IMG/VR virus record: IMGVR_UViG_3300035109_000050
Coordinates: 1-50,644 of that record
Source: a virus
Lineage: Duplodnaviria > Caudoviricetes
Length of the DNA: 50,644 nt
Reading direction: 5' to 3' (one strand)
Shown here piece after piece: positions 1-8,037 of the stretch. The translations under genes and the position numbers were made by a program. The notes under the pieces were generated by a model that saw only the letters and a program-made list of their open reading frames with translations, made no database searches and was not told where the DNA came from. Position 1 is the stretch's first letter, and each line of letters starts with the position of its first letter.

Positions 1-76
1 CTCACGATTAGCGCAACGCGCGACAGCGTCCGTGCGGCGATCGGTCGCGCGAGAATTTGAGGATTTCGAGAGGAAA

Positions 77-126
77 TGGCGAGAGAGACGGGACTCGAAC
101 CCGCGACCTCCGGCGTGACAGGCCGG
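77..126 (-). other. att core: 3' half of tRNA-Asp(GTC)
   Basis: Minus strand reads CCGGC-CTGTCAC-GCCGG AGGTC GCGGG-TTCGAGT-CCCGT CTCTCTCG CCA: anticodon arm with GTC, T-arm and CCA end. No D-arm or 5' acceptor strand upstream. Confidence 0.9.
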
Positions 127-174
127 GGGTTTTTGTTGATTATCAGTCGGTTGCTGGTTTGGAATGGGGCTAGA

Positions 175-501
175 ATGTCGTTTGCGATCAAAGGGCGGCG
201 TTCCCGGATTTGGAACGGTTTCGCTTGCGTTTTGATCCTCGCCGCCACCCCCGCCACCGCGAAAACGCATCGCTCCGGGTGGGCGCGGATGGCGTTTCGG
301 GAGGGGCATCCTTGCCCGTCGACCGGCGCGACGCGCGGGGCTTGTCCGGGGTGGGTAATCGATCATAGCGAACCGATTTGCGCCGGCGGGGCCGACGCGC
401 CGATCAACATGCGATGGCAGGCGCGGCCCGAGTCGCTGGTCAAGGACCGGCTGGAGCGCGCGGTTTGCCGCGCGATGCGAACCCGAGGCGCTGCGCAATG
501 A
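175..501 (+). CDS. Small HNH-endonuclease-fold protein with putative signal peptide
   Basis: HPCPSTG..GACPGWVIDHSEPICAGGAD..NMRWQ motif, preceded by hydrophobic FACVLILAATPATA. The ORF-track start at 76 lies inside the att site, so a later start is chosen; exact start uncertain. Confidence 0.7.
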   Translation: MSFAIKGRRSRIWNGFACVLILAATPATAKTHRSGWARMAFREGHPCPSTGATRGACPGWVIDHSEPICAGGADAPINMRWQARPESLVKDRLERAVCRAMRTRGAAQ

Positions 502-761
502 CCTTTGATGAACAAAAGCGCCTTTTGAAAAATTGGCGCGGCCGACGCTTGCTCGCTTGCCGCGCTGACGACTTGCTTCATGAGATCATTGCAGCGATCG
601 GCGAGGAAGACGGGACAACGCTTCCACCTCAGGAAGGGCTTCCTGCTCCACCGACCGAGATGCAAAAGGCCGAGATGCAAAACAGCGCGACGAACCTTTT
701 GCGCATGATTTTGCTTTGGAATGACGGCCATGTCTCACGGTCAAAACTGCAACGGTTTTGA
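498..761 (+). CDS. Hypothetical protein (87 aa)
   Basis: ATGA overlap with the upstream stop at 498-501; protein-like composition; followed by a hairpin. Confidence 0.6.
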   Translation: MTFDEQKRLLKNWRGRRLLACRADDLLHEIIAAIGEEDGTTLPPQEGLPAPPTEMQKAEMQNSATNLLRMILLWNDGHVSRSKLQRF

Positions 762-789
762 CCGAGGCGAAGCGGCACACCTAAAACGC

Positions 790-824
790 AAAAAGCCCCG
801 CCGACCTCTCGATCGACGGGGCTT
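790..824 (-). terminator. Intrinsic terminator ending the late operon (possibly bidirectional)
   Basis: Minus strand AAGCCCCGTCGA...TCGGCGGGGCTT followed by a T run, between convergent genes. Confidence 0.7.
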
Positions 825-882
825 AAGACAAGCATGTTTGGTCAGTTTGCCTTTATGCGCAAGTTCGCAAATTCCGCGATGA

Positions 883-1239
883 TCACCCGATGCTGAGCGC
901 CTTCTTCAGAGCCGGCCAGCCGACGTTGGTCACGATCCACATCGCCACGCCGCCAACGCCGGCGGCGATGAAGCCGGCCAAGCCGATCGCGATGTTGCGT
1001 TGGGTCTTGCTGACGATCTCGGCCGTTTGGAGCGCGGTGACGCGGCCGTCCTGTTTCTCGCACAATAGCTCGATCCGCTCGGCCGTCGCGGCAAGGGAAT
1101 CGAAACGCTCGGGCAGCGGCCTCAATTCATTGATCGCCGCCCATAGGTCGCGGCGGTCCTTCTCGCAAAGCTCATTGTCCTTTTCGAGCGACGCGACGCG
1201 CTCGTTGATCGCTCTTTCCTGGACCGCTCTTTCCTGCAT
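883..1239 (-). CDS. Coiled-coil protein with C-terminal TM helix (holin/antiholin-like)
   Basis: Heptad-like charged N-terminus, then IAIGLAGFIAAGVGGVAMWIV. Last gene of the lysis cassette. Confidence 0.6.
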   Translation of the reverse strand: MQERAVQERAINERVASLEKDNELCEKDRRDLWAAINELRPLPERFDSLAATAERIELLCEKQDGRVTALQTAEIVSKTQRNIAIGLAGFIAAGVGGVAMWIVTNVGWPALKKALSIG

Positions 1240-1263
1240 CTTCGCGCCCCGCCCCGAGTTGGA

Positions 1264-1500
1264 TCAAGCCTTGGGCGGAACGAGCGGCCCAGTTTTGTCG
1301 GACGACAGCGCGCTGATCAGCGGCGCGATCGCCAGCACGAACACGCCGACGATGAAGGCGTCGGTCTGCTGGATCGCGTGCGTCGCGGCCGCCGGGATGT
1401 AATCGGGCAGCGCCAGCGTGCCCTTGGCGATCGCGTCGAGCACGGCGACGGCGCCGGCGACGACCAGGCCGGTCTTTGGGTCGATGGTCGGAAACTTCAT
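1264..1500 (-). CDS. Putative two-TM holin
   Basis: 78 aa, two hydrophobic segments, GAAAGG upstream, lysis-cassette position. Confidence 0.6.
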   Translation of the reverse strand: MKFPTIDPKTGLVVAGAVAVLDAIAKGTLALPDYIPAAATHAIQQTDAFIVGVFVLAIAPLISALSSDKTGPLVPPKA

Positions 1501-1510
1501 GGCTTGCCTT

Positions 1511-2161
1511 TCATTGCAGGGCTTGGACGTAGAGACTCATGTCGTGCAGCGCGAACGGGCCGAGCGCGGCGGCGATCGCCGGCGTCGGCGGCGCGCTGAC
1601 GAAGCTGAGCGGCGTCGCGTGGACATATTCCTCCGGCGGGAAGGAAAACGGCAGGTCGCACACCGGATCGCGGTTGCGCTCGGCGTCGTCGCTGTTGCAA
1701 TAGGACCGCCCGGCCGCGCCGACGATGCTCGCCAGCTTGGCGAAACCCGGCCGCGGCTCGCCGAACACCACCCGGCGCAGCGGGCGAAAGCCGTCGAGCG
1801 TCATCAGCGCGGTCAGGATCGACGCCCGCGCCGCGCCGAGGCTGTGGCCGGTGACGATGGCCGGCTGCTCCAGCAGCGGGCGGATCGTCGCCCAGGTCTC
1901 GCGCATGCCGCAAAGGAAGCCCGGATGCACCGGCCCGAGCGCGCCACCGAACAGCGGATCGGCGAACAAGTCGAGGTCGCGCAGCCAGTCGCGCAAGGTG
2001 AGCGAACCGCGCAGCGCGATCACATCCACCCCGGCGCAGCGCATCAGCCCCCAGCAGACGCCGGCGGCGTCATTCCCGTCGTTGTAATGGGTCCAGGGGA
2101 TGGAGCCGGGCCTGTAGATCGCGGCCGCGAATTTCGCCAGCTTGGCGTCGGAGAAGCTCAC
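1511..2161 (-). CDS. Class 3 lipase (alpha/beta hydrolase)
   Basis: VIALRGS..DW..D, VHPGF, nucleophile elbow VTGHSLGAA, FGEPRPG, DPVCDLP and C-terminal His. GTGA overlap with the upstream gene. Confidence 0.9.
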   Translation of the reverse strand: MSFSDAKLAKFAAAIYRPGSIPWTHYNDGNDAAGVCWGLMRCAGVDVIALRGSLTLRDWLRDLDLFADPLFGGALGPVHPGFLCGMRETWATIRPLLEQPAIVTGHSLGAARASILTALMTLDGFRPLRRVVFGEPRPGFAKLASIVGAAGRSYCNSDDAERNRDPVCDLPFSFPPEEYVHATPLSFVSAPPTPAIAAALGPFALHDMSLYVQALQ

Positions 2162-2991
2162 GCCGCGACCCCCGCCGCGACCTTACCGCCGAGCGCGTCG
2201 AAGTCGGCGACGAGCCCGGCCCAATCGAGCCCGGCCGGGGTCTTGGCGGTCGCGCGCGCGAGTTGGTCTTGCGAGATTACGGTCCACAGCTCGCCGCCGT
2301 CGGCGTGGCCGGCGTATTTCTCGATCGCCGCCCAGGTGTGCAGCCCGAGCATGCCCCATGTGTCGATCGAAACGCCCGCGAGGCCGTAGCCGCAACCGAT
2401 GAAGCAATGGCCGTTGTTCGGGTCCGGGTCGCCGGCGACATCCCAGGTGAAGCCGGCGCCGGACGGCATCGGGTCGACATAGGCGTTTGGCAATTCCTCG
2501 CCGAAATAAAGGTTCTCGAATAGCCACAAGGCCGTCTTGATCTCGGTCAGATTGGCGGCGTCGACGGCGAGATAGCCGGCGATCCTGTGCGAGCCGTCGG
2601 CCAGCAGGCCGCGGTCGCGCCAATGGCTCAGCACGGTCTCCTCGTCGCCGCCATTGTCGGTCGCGGGGTCGCCCATCACATAGCCGGTCGAGCGGGCGTA
2701 GAACGCCTCGACCTGTTCGTCGGTCCAGGTCACCGGCGCGCCGGCGGCGCCAAGCATCACGCCGTCGATATGGAACGCGCCGCTGGCGGTGCAGCAGCCG
2801 AGCCGGTCGTTGCACAGCACCTGCGCCAGCACGGCCGGGGCGACGGTAGAATAATAGATCGACGCCGGCGGCGGCGGCAGCGCGGGGGCCAGATAGTCGC
2901 TCAGGAACAGCCGCGGACGGCGGACTGGCGCGCGCTTGCGGCCGAGCTTGTAGGTCTTGCCGGTCAGCGGGTGGATGATGGTCTTGACCAT
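2158..2991 (-). CDS. Papain-like cysteine peptidase
   Basis: NDRLGCCTASG (catalytic Cys), DNGG, GHCFIGCGY (catalytic His), TWG. GGAGG RBS before the ATG at 2991. Confidence 0.75.
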   Translation of the reverse strand: MVKTIIHPLTGKTYKLGRKRAPVRRPRLFLSDYLAPALPPPPASIYYSTVAPAVLAQVLCNDRLGCCTASGAFHIDGVMLGAAGAPVTWTDEQVEAFYARSTGYVMGDPATDNGGDEETVLSHWRDRGLLADGSHRIAGYLAVDAANLTEIKTALWLFENLYFGEELPNAYVDPMPSGAGFTWDVAGDPDPNNGHCFIGCGYGLAGVSIDTWGMLGLHTWAAIEKYAGHADGGELWTVISQDQLARATAKTPAGLDWAGLVADFDALGGKVAAGVAA

Positions 2992-3054
2992 GACGGCCTC
3001 CAGGCGGCGATAATTTTCGCCGCCTCGAATGAGGGCGAAAAAATTATCGCGGAG

Positions 3055-3090
3055 AAAAAAAGGCGCGCGGGGCCCCCTCGCCCCGCGCGC
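3055..3090 (-). terminator. Intrinsic terminator downstream of the omp gene
   Basis: Perfect 11-bp stem (3063-3073/3080-3090), 6-nt loop, then 7 T on the minus strand. Confidence 0.75.
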
Positions 3091-3104
3091 GGGAAAGGCG
3101 AGGC

Positions 3105-4103
3105 TTAGAGCCCCGCCTTGGCGGCCGCCGAGGACAATCCTCCGGCCGGCAGCGCGTTCGAGATCGCCCCGTTGATGTTGCCGACGCCGCTCGTCAGATT
3201 GCCGTTTAACGTCGCGATGTCGCCGGCGATATTGCCGGTCGGCACGAAGAACAGCCCGTTGGAGCCGCCGAGAAAATTGGTGTGATAGGTCAGGCCGATC
3301 CGCACGCTTTCCTCGGTGAAGCGCTTGGTTCCGATGAACCGCGACTGCTGCGCCGCGAACAGCGCCGGCGTCGCGCCGTAGAGCAGACCGGAGCCGGCGA
3401 CGGTGTGCGAGCCCCAATCGGCGTGGTCGTATTCGAGCTTGACGCTCCAGCCGGGCGTCGCCATCCATTCGACGCCGCCCTTGGCGTGCCAGCCCATGAA
3501 GGTCGGGCCCTGCGTGCCGAAGCCGCTGGCGACGTTATAGGGGCTGCCGGCGTAGACGCTCGAATTGGTCTTCAGCATCGACGGGCCGCCGCCGACATAG
3601 GCCTGCAGCGTCGGCGTCACGAGCCAGCCGACCTTGCCGGTCCCGTCGAGCCGAAACGACCAGCCGGAGCCGATCTGCGCGACCGACGGAACATAGCCCA
3701 GCCCCGGCGTCGCGAAGGTCACGGATTTTTCGTCGCCGCCCACCGGCAGATCGGCGGAAGCCTCGAGCCCCAGCACCCAATTACCCGCCTGGTAATTGGC
3801 GCCGACGTTCGGGCTGACGACGAAGGCGCGGTTATTGATGACGGCGGTCGCGCCGCTGGCGTAGGCGTAGGGCTGAAAGCTGGTCCCGAGGCCGCTGTTA
3901 TAGGCTTCGAGATTCATCGTCGGCGCGGAGTCGAAGGCGTAGCCGCCGGAGACGCCGAAATAGAGCCCGGTCCAGGACGGCGCCGGCGCGTAAATCGGAA
4001 CCGGCGCGGGAGCCGCTTTCGTGCTGGGGAGATCGGCGGCGAAGGCCGGCGCGAGAACAAGGGCGAGGAGCAGCCCCGCGAGAAGGCGAAAGTTGGTGCT
4101 CAT
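3105..4103 (-). CDS. Omp25/RopB-family outer-membrane beta-barrel with C-terminal extension
   Basis: Signal peptide, then AADLP..KA..P..SWTGLYFGVSGGY, GANYQAGNWVLGLE, GGVEW..PGWSVKLEY, VRIGLTY. These motifs are typical of rhizobial Omp25/31 proteins. Confidence 0.88.
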   Translation of the reverse strand: MSTNFRLLAGLLLALVLAPAFAADLPSTKAAPAPVPIYAPAPSWTGLYFGVSGGYAFDSAPTMNLEAYNSGLGTSFQPYAYASGATAVINNRAFVVSPNVGANYQAGNWVLGLEASADLPVGGDEKSVTFATPGLGYVPSVAQIGSGWSFRLDGTGKVGWLVTPTLQAYVGGGPSMLKTNSSVYAGSPYNVASGFGTQGPTFMGWHAKGGVEWMATPGWSVKLEYDHADWGSHTVAGSGLLYGATPALFAAQQSRFIGTKRFTEESVRIGLTYHTNFLGGSNGLFFVPTGNIAGDIATLNGNLTSGVGNINGAISNALPAGGLSSAAAKAGL

Positions 4104-4168
4104 GTGGTTTCCTTCGGTTGAACGCGCCGCCGGCCGAGCGGTCGTCGGCGCCGGTTGGATGGAGGGCG

Positions 4169-4414
4169 TTAGGGGGCGGCCGCCGGAGCGGGAGCCAAGG
4201 TCGGCAAAAGACTGAGCGCGCCGAGCGCCGTCATCGCCGGGGCGAGCTTGGCGCGTTCGGCGGCGACCGAAGTCGCGAGATCGGCCAGCGCCGCGTCGAG
4301 CGCCTGCATTTCAGCCAGCGCGGCGGCATTGGCGGCCGTCGCCGTGGAGATATAGCCGTCGGCCGTCGAGGTGATCGCCGCCTTTTCGGCGGCGATGTCG
4401 TCGAGAATCGTCAT
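4169..4414 (-). CDS. Ala-rich helical hypothetical protein
   Basis: AGGA RBS, 81 aa, in operon. Confidence 0.65.
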   Translation of the reverse strand: MTILDDIAAEKAAITSTADGYISTATAANAAALAEMQALDAALADLATSVAAERAKLAPAMTALGALSLLPTLAPAPAAAP

Positions 4415-4459
4415 GGATTTTTCCTAACCGTCGAAGGCCGGGAAGCCGCCCGGCGCGGA

Positions 4460-4798
4460 TCAATGACCCTCGATGCCCCAAACGGCGTCGAGGCAGGCAA
4501 ATCCTGCCGGCGTATTGACCGGGTGGATGCAGTTGGCGGAGGGAGCCGCGGCGGACGCCTGCTTGCAGTAGAACGGGTTCGTCCCATCGGCCCACCCGCT
4601 CATTTGCGGGAGCGCCTCGCACGCCGCCTTGGTGTATTCGGCGCTGGAGTCGCACGCGGGGCCGGAGCCCGTGACGCAAAGCACGTAACGGTCATCGGCC
4701 CGAGCAGGCTTACGTTGCGTCCAACCGAACAGCGCGGCGATGACGCACGCGGCCAGGTAAAGCGCGATGGCGATTGCGGAGCGGGTTGGCTTGCGCAT
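4460..4798 (-). CDS. Exported/lipoprotein-like Cys-rich protein (possible spanin component)
   Basis: Basic N-terminus, hydrophobic stretch containing LAAC, six further Cys. Directly follows the endolysin genes. Confidence 0.55.
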   Translation of the reverse strand: MRKPTRSAIAIALYLAACVIAALFGWTQRKPARADDRYVLCVTGSGPACDSSAEYTKAACEALPQMSGWADGTNPFYCKQASAAAPSANCIHPVNTPAGFACLDAVWGIEGH

Positions 4799-4799
4799 A

Positions 4800-5267
4800 T
4801 CAGCCGCCGCCGTGCGCTTGCTGGAAATAGCTCGCCCAGAACATCGCGCGATTGCCGCGCTTCACATTCTGTCCCAGCGCGCCCGGCCGCTCGTAGAACG
4901 CGCAGGCGGCGAAGCCGGCGTCATAGGCGGTCTTGGCCTCGCGGATCATCTTGAGCGCGTGCATCTCGGAGTGGTTCAGCTCCCACCACACCGCCTCGAG
5001 CTGGCGCCCGATCGACGGCAGCGCCGACACATCGATGCGGCAGCCGGGCCACGTGCCGTTGCCGTCGCGGATCAGCCTGATGCGATCCATGTGGAGCTGA
5101 TGCAGCCCGAAGGCCTCGTGGTGGTCGCCGATCGCGCGCGGATCGAGCGACGACTCGGCGTCGGCTTGCGCCAGCATCGCGGCGGCGAAGATCGCGGTTT
5201 CGTTCTTGGCGAGCCAAAAGGCGTGAATCTCGCGCGCGTTGGCGTAATATTGCGCTTGGCTAAGCAT
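4800..5267 (-). CDS. Phage tail lysozyme-family muramidase
   Basis: AAAMLAQADAESSLDP, FGLHQ, QLEAVWWEL, YERP motifs. Confidence 0.8.
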   Translation of the reverse strand: MLSQAQYYANAREIHAFWLAKNETAIFAAAMLAQADAESSLDPRAIGDHHEAFGLHQLHMDRIRLIRDGNGTWPGCRIDVSALPSIGRQLEAVWWELNHSEMHALKMIREAKTAYDAGFAACAFYERPGALGQNVKRGNRAMFWASYFQQAHGGG

Positions 5268-5814
5268 GCGCCGCCTCCATCGCGTCGGCGACGCGGGCGA
5301 TGATGTCCGCCTTGCTCACGTTCTTGCCGGGGCAGTCGTGATGATCGGCGACGCATTCCTTGTGGAAGCGGATCGTCTCCGGCGAGATGCCGAGCGCGCG
5401 ATGCAGCGACGCCAGCGCGGCGACCGTGTTGGCGCGCACCTTGGCGCCGTCGCCGCTGTCGAACGGCTCGGACGAATAGTCGCCGACCATTTCGACGCCG
5501 ATGCTCTCGTGATTGTAGCAGGAGGCGTGGACCCCATCGGCGCGAAGGTCGCAGGCGAGCCAGACGAAATCCGGCGCGACGAACAGATGCGGGCCGCTGT
5601 GCCAACCAATGCCCTTGTAATAGGCGTTGAGGTTCTTGACGCGCTGGAGGCCGTTCACCGCGCCGGCGCCGAAATGCGCCCATTGCGCCAGGTTCGGCTC
5701 GGCGCTGTTATGCAGCACGATGTATTTCGGCCGCCACGCCAGCCAATGCAGCGTTCTGACATAGACGTCGAACGCCGCCGGAACATAGCCGCGCGGCTCC
5801 GCGAGGAATGTCAT
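5260..5814 (-). CDS. Endolysin, N-acetylmuramoyl-L-alanine amidase (Amidase_2)
   Basis: IVLHNS, PHLFV, HAS.YN..SIGVEMVG, FHKE...DCPG (Zn ligands H/H/C). AAGGA RBS. Confidence 0.9.
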   Translation of the reverse strand: MTFLAEPRGYVPAAFDVYVRTLHWLAWRPKYIVLHNSAEPNLAQWAHFGAGAVNGLQRVKNLNAYYKGIGWHSGPHLFVAPDFVWLACDLRADGVHASCYNHESIGVEMVGDYSSEPFDSGDGAKVRANTVAALASLHRALGISPETIRFHKECVADHHDCPGKNVSKADIIARVADAMEAAHA

Positions 5815-5863
5815 GAGACCATCCTTTGATTGACGGGGGAAGATCGGGGCCGCGAAGCGGCGA

Positions 5864-5944
5864 TCAGCGAAACAGCGGCGCGGCGAGCGAGGCCGCGAAG
5901 GCGCACAGCAGCGCGATGACGGCGAGCCAAAGAAAGCCGCGCAT
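5864..5944 (-). CDS. 26-aa single-TM peptide
   Basis: MRGFLWLAVIALLCAFAASLAAPLFR; TGATG overlap with the upstream stop. Confidence 0.45.
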   Translation of the reverse strand: MRGFLWLAVIALLCAFAASLAAPLFR

Positions 5945-6174
5945 CAAATCGCTTCGGCGAGGCGCAGCGCGGCGAGGATCGCGGCGAGCGTGAAGACGAG
6001 ATAGAAGCATTGAATGGCGACGCGCTCGACCAGCGCGCGGCGCGGCCGCCGCCAGGTCTTGCGGTCGCCGAGGATCACGGGAGTGGGCTTCGCGGAATCG
6101 CGCGTCGCCCAATCGAGGATCAGCGCGCCGCCGATCAGCGCGGCGGCGACGAGACAAAGGCCGGCCGTGGTCAT
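5944..6174 (-). CDS. Two-TM small membrane protein (holin-like)
   Basis: MTTAGLCLVAAALIGGALIL...FYLVFTLAAILAAL; ATGA coupling; GGAAGG RBS. Confidence 0.55.
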   Translation of the reverse strand: MTTAGLCLVAAALIGGALILDWATRDSAKPTPVILGDRKTWRRPRRALVERVAIQCFYLVFTLAAILAALRLAEAI

Positions 6175-6302
6175 CGCGCCTTCCTGTTGTTGCGGGATCC
6201 GCGCGCGGCGCGGACAAGGATCGCGGCCGCGGCGAGCGGCAGGCCGATCAACGTCAGCGCGGCGAGGACGGTCTCGATCAAATCCACGCGGCGTCGGCGC
6301 AT
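6171..6302 (-). CDS. 43-aa single-TM peptide
   Basis: MRRRRVDLIETVLAALTLIGLPLAAAILVRAARGSRNNRKAR; AGGA RBS; stop overlaps the next ATG. Confidence 0.5.
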   Translation of the reverse strand: MRRRRVDLIETVLAALTLIGLPLAAAAILVRAARGSRNNRKAR

Positions 6303-6367
6303 GGCTATTTCCTGAAGATCGGCAGCAGCAATTTAGAGGGAGAGGCCACTGATTAGGCGGCAGTGGC

Positions 6368-6529
6368 CTACCGCGTCGCGCTCGCGGCTTCAGCAAGAGC
6401 CGCGACCAATTTCGCCTTGAAATGCGCGGCGACATCCAGCGCGCCGACGCCGGAATGACGCAAGGCGGCATCGAGAACTTGTTGGAACGCGGATTGTTCT
6501 TCGTCGGTAAGCGTGATCGTGATTTGCAT
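6368..6529 (-). CDS. 53-aa protein after the fibre gene (possible fibre chaperone)
   Basis: MQITITLTDEEQSAFQQVLDAALRHSG...; strong AGGAAGGA RBS. Below the ORF-track size cut-off. Confidence 0.6.
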   Translation of the reverse strand: MQITITLTDEEQSAFQQVLDAALRHSGVGALDVAAHFKAKLVAALAEAASATR

Positions 6530-6543
6530 TTTTAGTTCCTTCC

Positions 6544-8037
6544 TTATGCAACAACCCAGTTGGTGCCATTATAGAGAACAGGGATATGAGACGATCCGCC
6601 GCCAGACGAAACCGTCGCATAAAAAGTAGTGGTGTTGCCGTCTGTGATATAGCAGCGCTGCCCCTCCACCGGCGAGGCGGGGAGCGTCGCGTAGGTGAGT
6701 GGTGTCGTCACAACGCTTCGCGCTTTAAGGTCTCGATAGTTAGAAAGCGTCGTGCTGCCATCGACGACGGCTAGGACGCCAGCGGAGTCGCGGGCAAGTC
6801 CAACATCGTAAGTGCCAGCATTGGAGCCCCATCGCACACGGGACGCCCTCGCCGCGCCATCACGAATAGACAGCACGCTATCTCCGGTCGTGGCCGTGCT
6901 ATCGTAGAATGTCCATATGGAGTCAAACGTATTGGAGCCGAACCCAATATCTCTATTGGCCTCATTCAAAGTCATTATATACGCTGTAGTCGCCGCGTTT
7001 AGGAACCTGATTTGCTTTCCTGTCCCTGGGGATACAACCACATGCCCTATGGTTGAATAGCCAATATTAAGACTATTAATACTGTCCATTAGGAATATTG
7101 GAACAACACCGCCAGCGGCTAACGTGCCGCCAATCCCAGTATTGTTGGAGAATACGATGGACGTTCCGAATGTTTGCGTTCCAGCCCAGGTTTGCGCCAA
7201 GCCAATTCCAGGGATCGTCGCGCTGCTCGACGGGAACGTCATCGTCGTGCTATCGGTTCCTGCTAACGTAAGTATATTGTTAACAGTTAGCGACTTGCCC
7301 GATGCAATAGTTAAACCAGTAACACCGGAGCCAGTATAGGCCGTGGTTTGGTTTGTTCCATCGGGAAATTTCAGCGTAGTAAGCTTCAGCGAACCTGTGA
7401 AATCTCCCGCCGTGCCATTGCCAACCGCGAGACCCGCCGCACCGATGCGCGACAGACTGGTATCCATTACATAAGTTGAAGCCGAGCCGGCCCAACCGAT
7501 GTTGCCGTATTCCTCGACCGACAGCACGTAATTGCCGTTGCGGTCGAGCGCGGTCCAGTGTCGGCCGCTGGCGGCGTTCCATACGCGCGACTGCCATGCC
7601 GTTTGCACGTCGGCCCATAAGGCAAGCATACCCGGATCAAGGGAAGGCGGGTTGATCGCGAGACTGTCGCCAGAACCTGTGTAACTACCTGAAATAATCA
7701 TCCAAGCTTGCGAATAAAAGCCGCCGCCCGCGTCGATATAGATACGCGGCGATCCCGGCGCGAGCCCCCAACCCCCGTCGGGAAATACGCGCAGTATTTT
7801 GCCAGAGGGATCGGATGGCTTGAGGTCAAGAACACTTTGGTTATACGTTTTATTCAATGTCAGGGTCGCGCCCGGCCCAGGAGCGCCACTGGTGAAGGTC
7901 TTGCCTGCGATTGTAAGTTGTTGATTGGTCGCGTCCCAGCTCGTCCCGGCCATCCCTCCGAACGTGCCGGAATTGTTATATTGGATTTGTCCTGAAGAGC
8001 CTTGAGGCTCGGATGGAACAATCATAAAATCCGACAT
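6544..8037 (-). CDS. Tail fibre / receptor-binding-like protein
   Basis: G/S/T-rich beta-type sequence, N-terminal GSSGQIQYNNSGTFGG, C-terminal TYATLPA..EGQRCYITD...YNGTNWVV. TGATG-coupled start; lower GC than the flanks. Confidence 0.75.
   Translation of the reverse strand: MSDFMIVPSEPQGSSGQIQYNNSGTFGGMAGTSWDATNQQLTIAGKTFTSGAPGPGATLTLNKTYNQSVLDLKPSDPSGKILRVFPDGGWGLAPGSPRIYIDAGGGFYSQAWMIISGSYTGSGDSLAINPPSLDPGMLALWADVQTAWQSRVWNAASGRHWTALDRNGNYVLSVEEYGNIGWAGSASTYVMDTSLSRIGAAGLAVGNGTAGDFTGSLKLTTLKFPDGTNQTTAYTGSGVTGLTIASGKSLTVNNILTLAGTDSTTMTFPSSSATIPGIGLAQTWAGTQTFGTSIVFSNNTGIGGTLAAGGVVPIFLMDSINSLNIGYSTIGHVVVSPGTGKQIRFLNAATTAYIMTLNEANRDIGFGSNTFDSIWTFYDSTATTGDSVLSIRDGAARASRVRWGSNAGTYDVGLARDSAGVLAVVDGSTTLSNYRDLKARSVVTTPLTYATLPASPVEGQRCYITDGNTTTFYATVSSGGGSSHIPVLYNGTNWVVA

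Noticed and set aside
77-126. Functional tRNA-Asp gene
   Set aside because: Only the anticodon arm to CCA is present; no D-arm or 5' acceptor strand. Treated as the att duplication.
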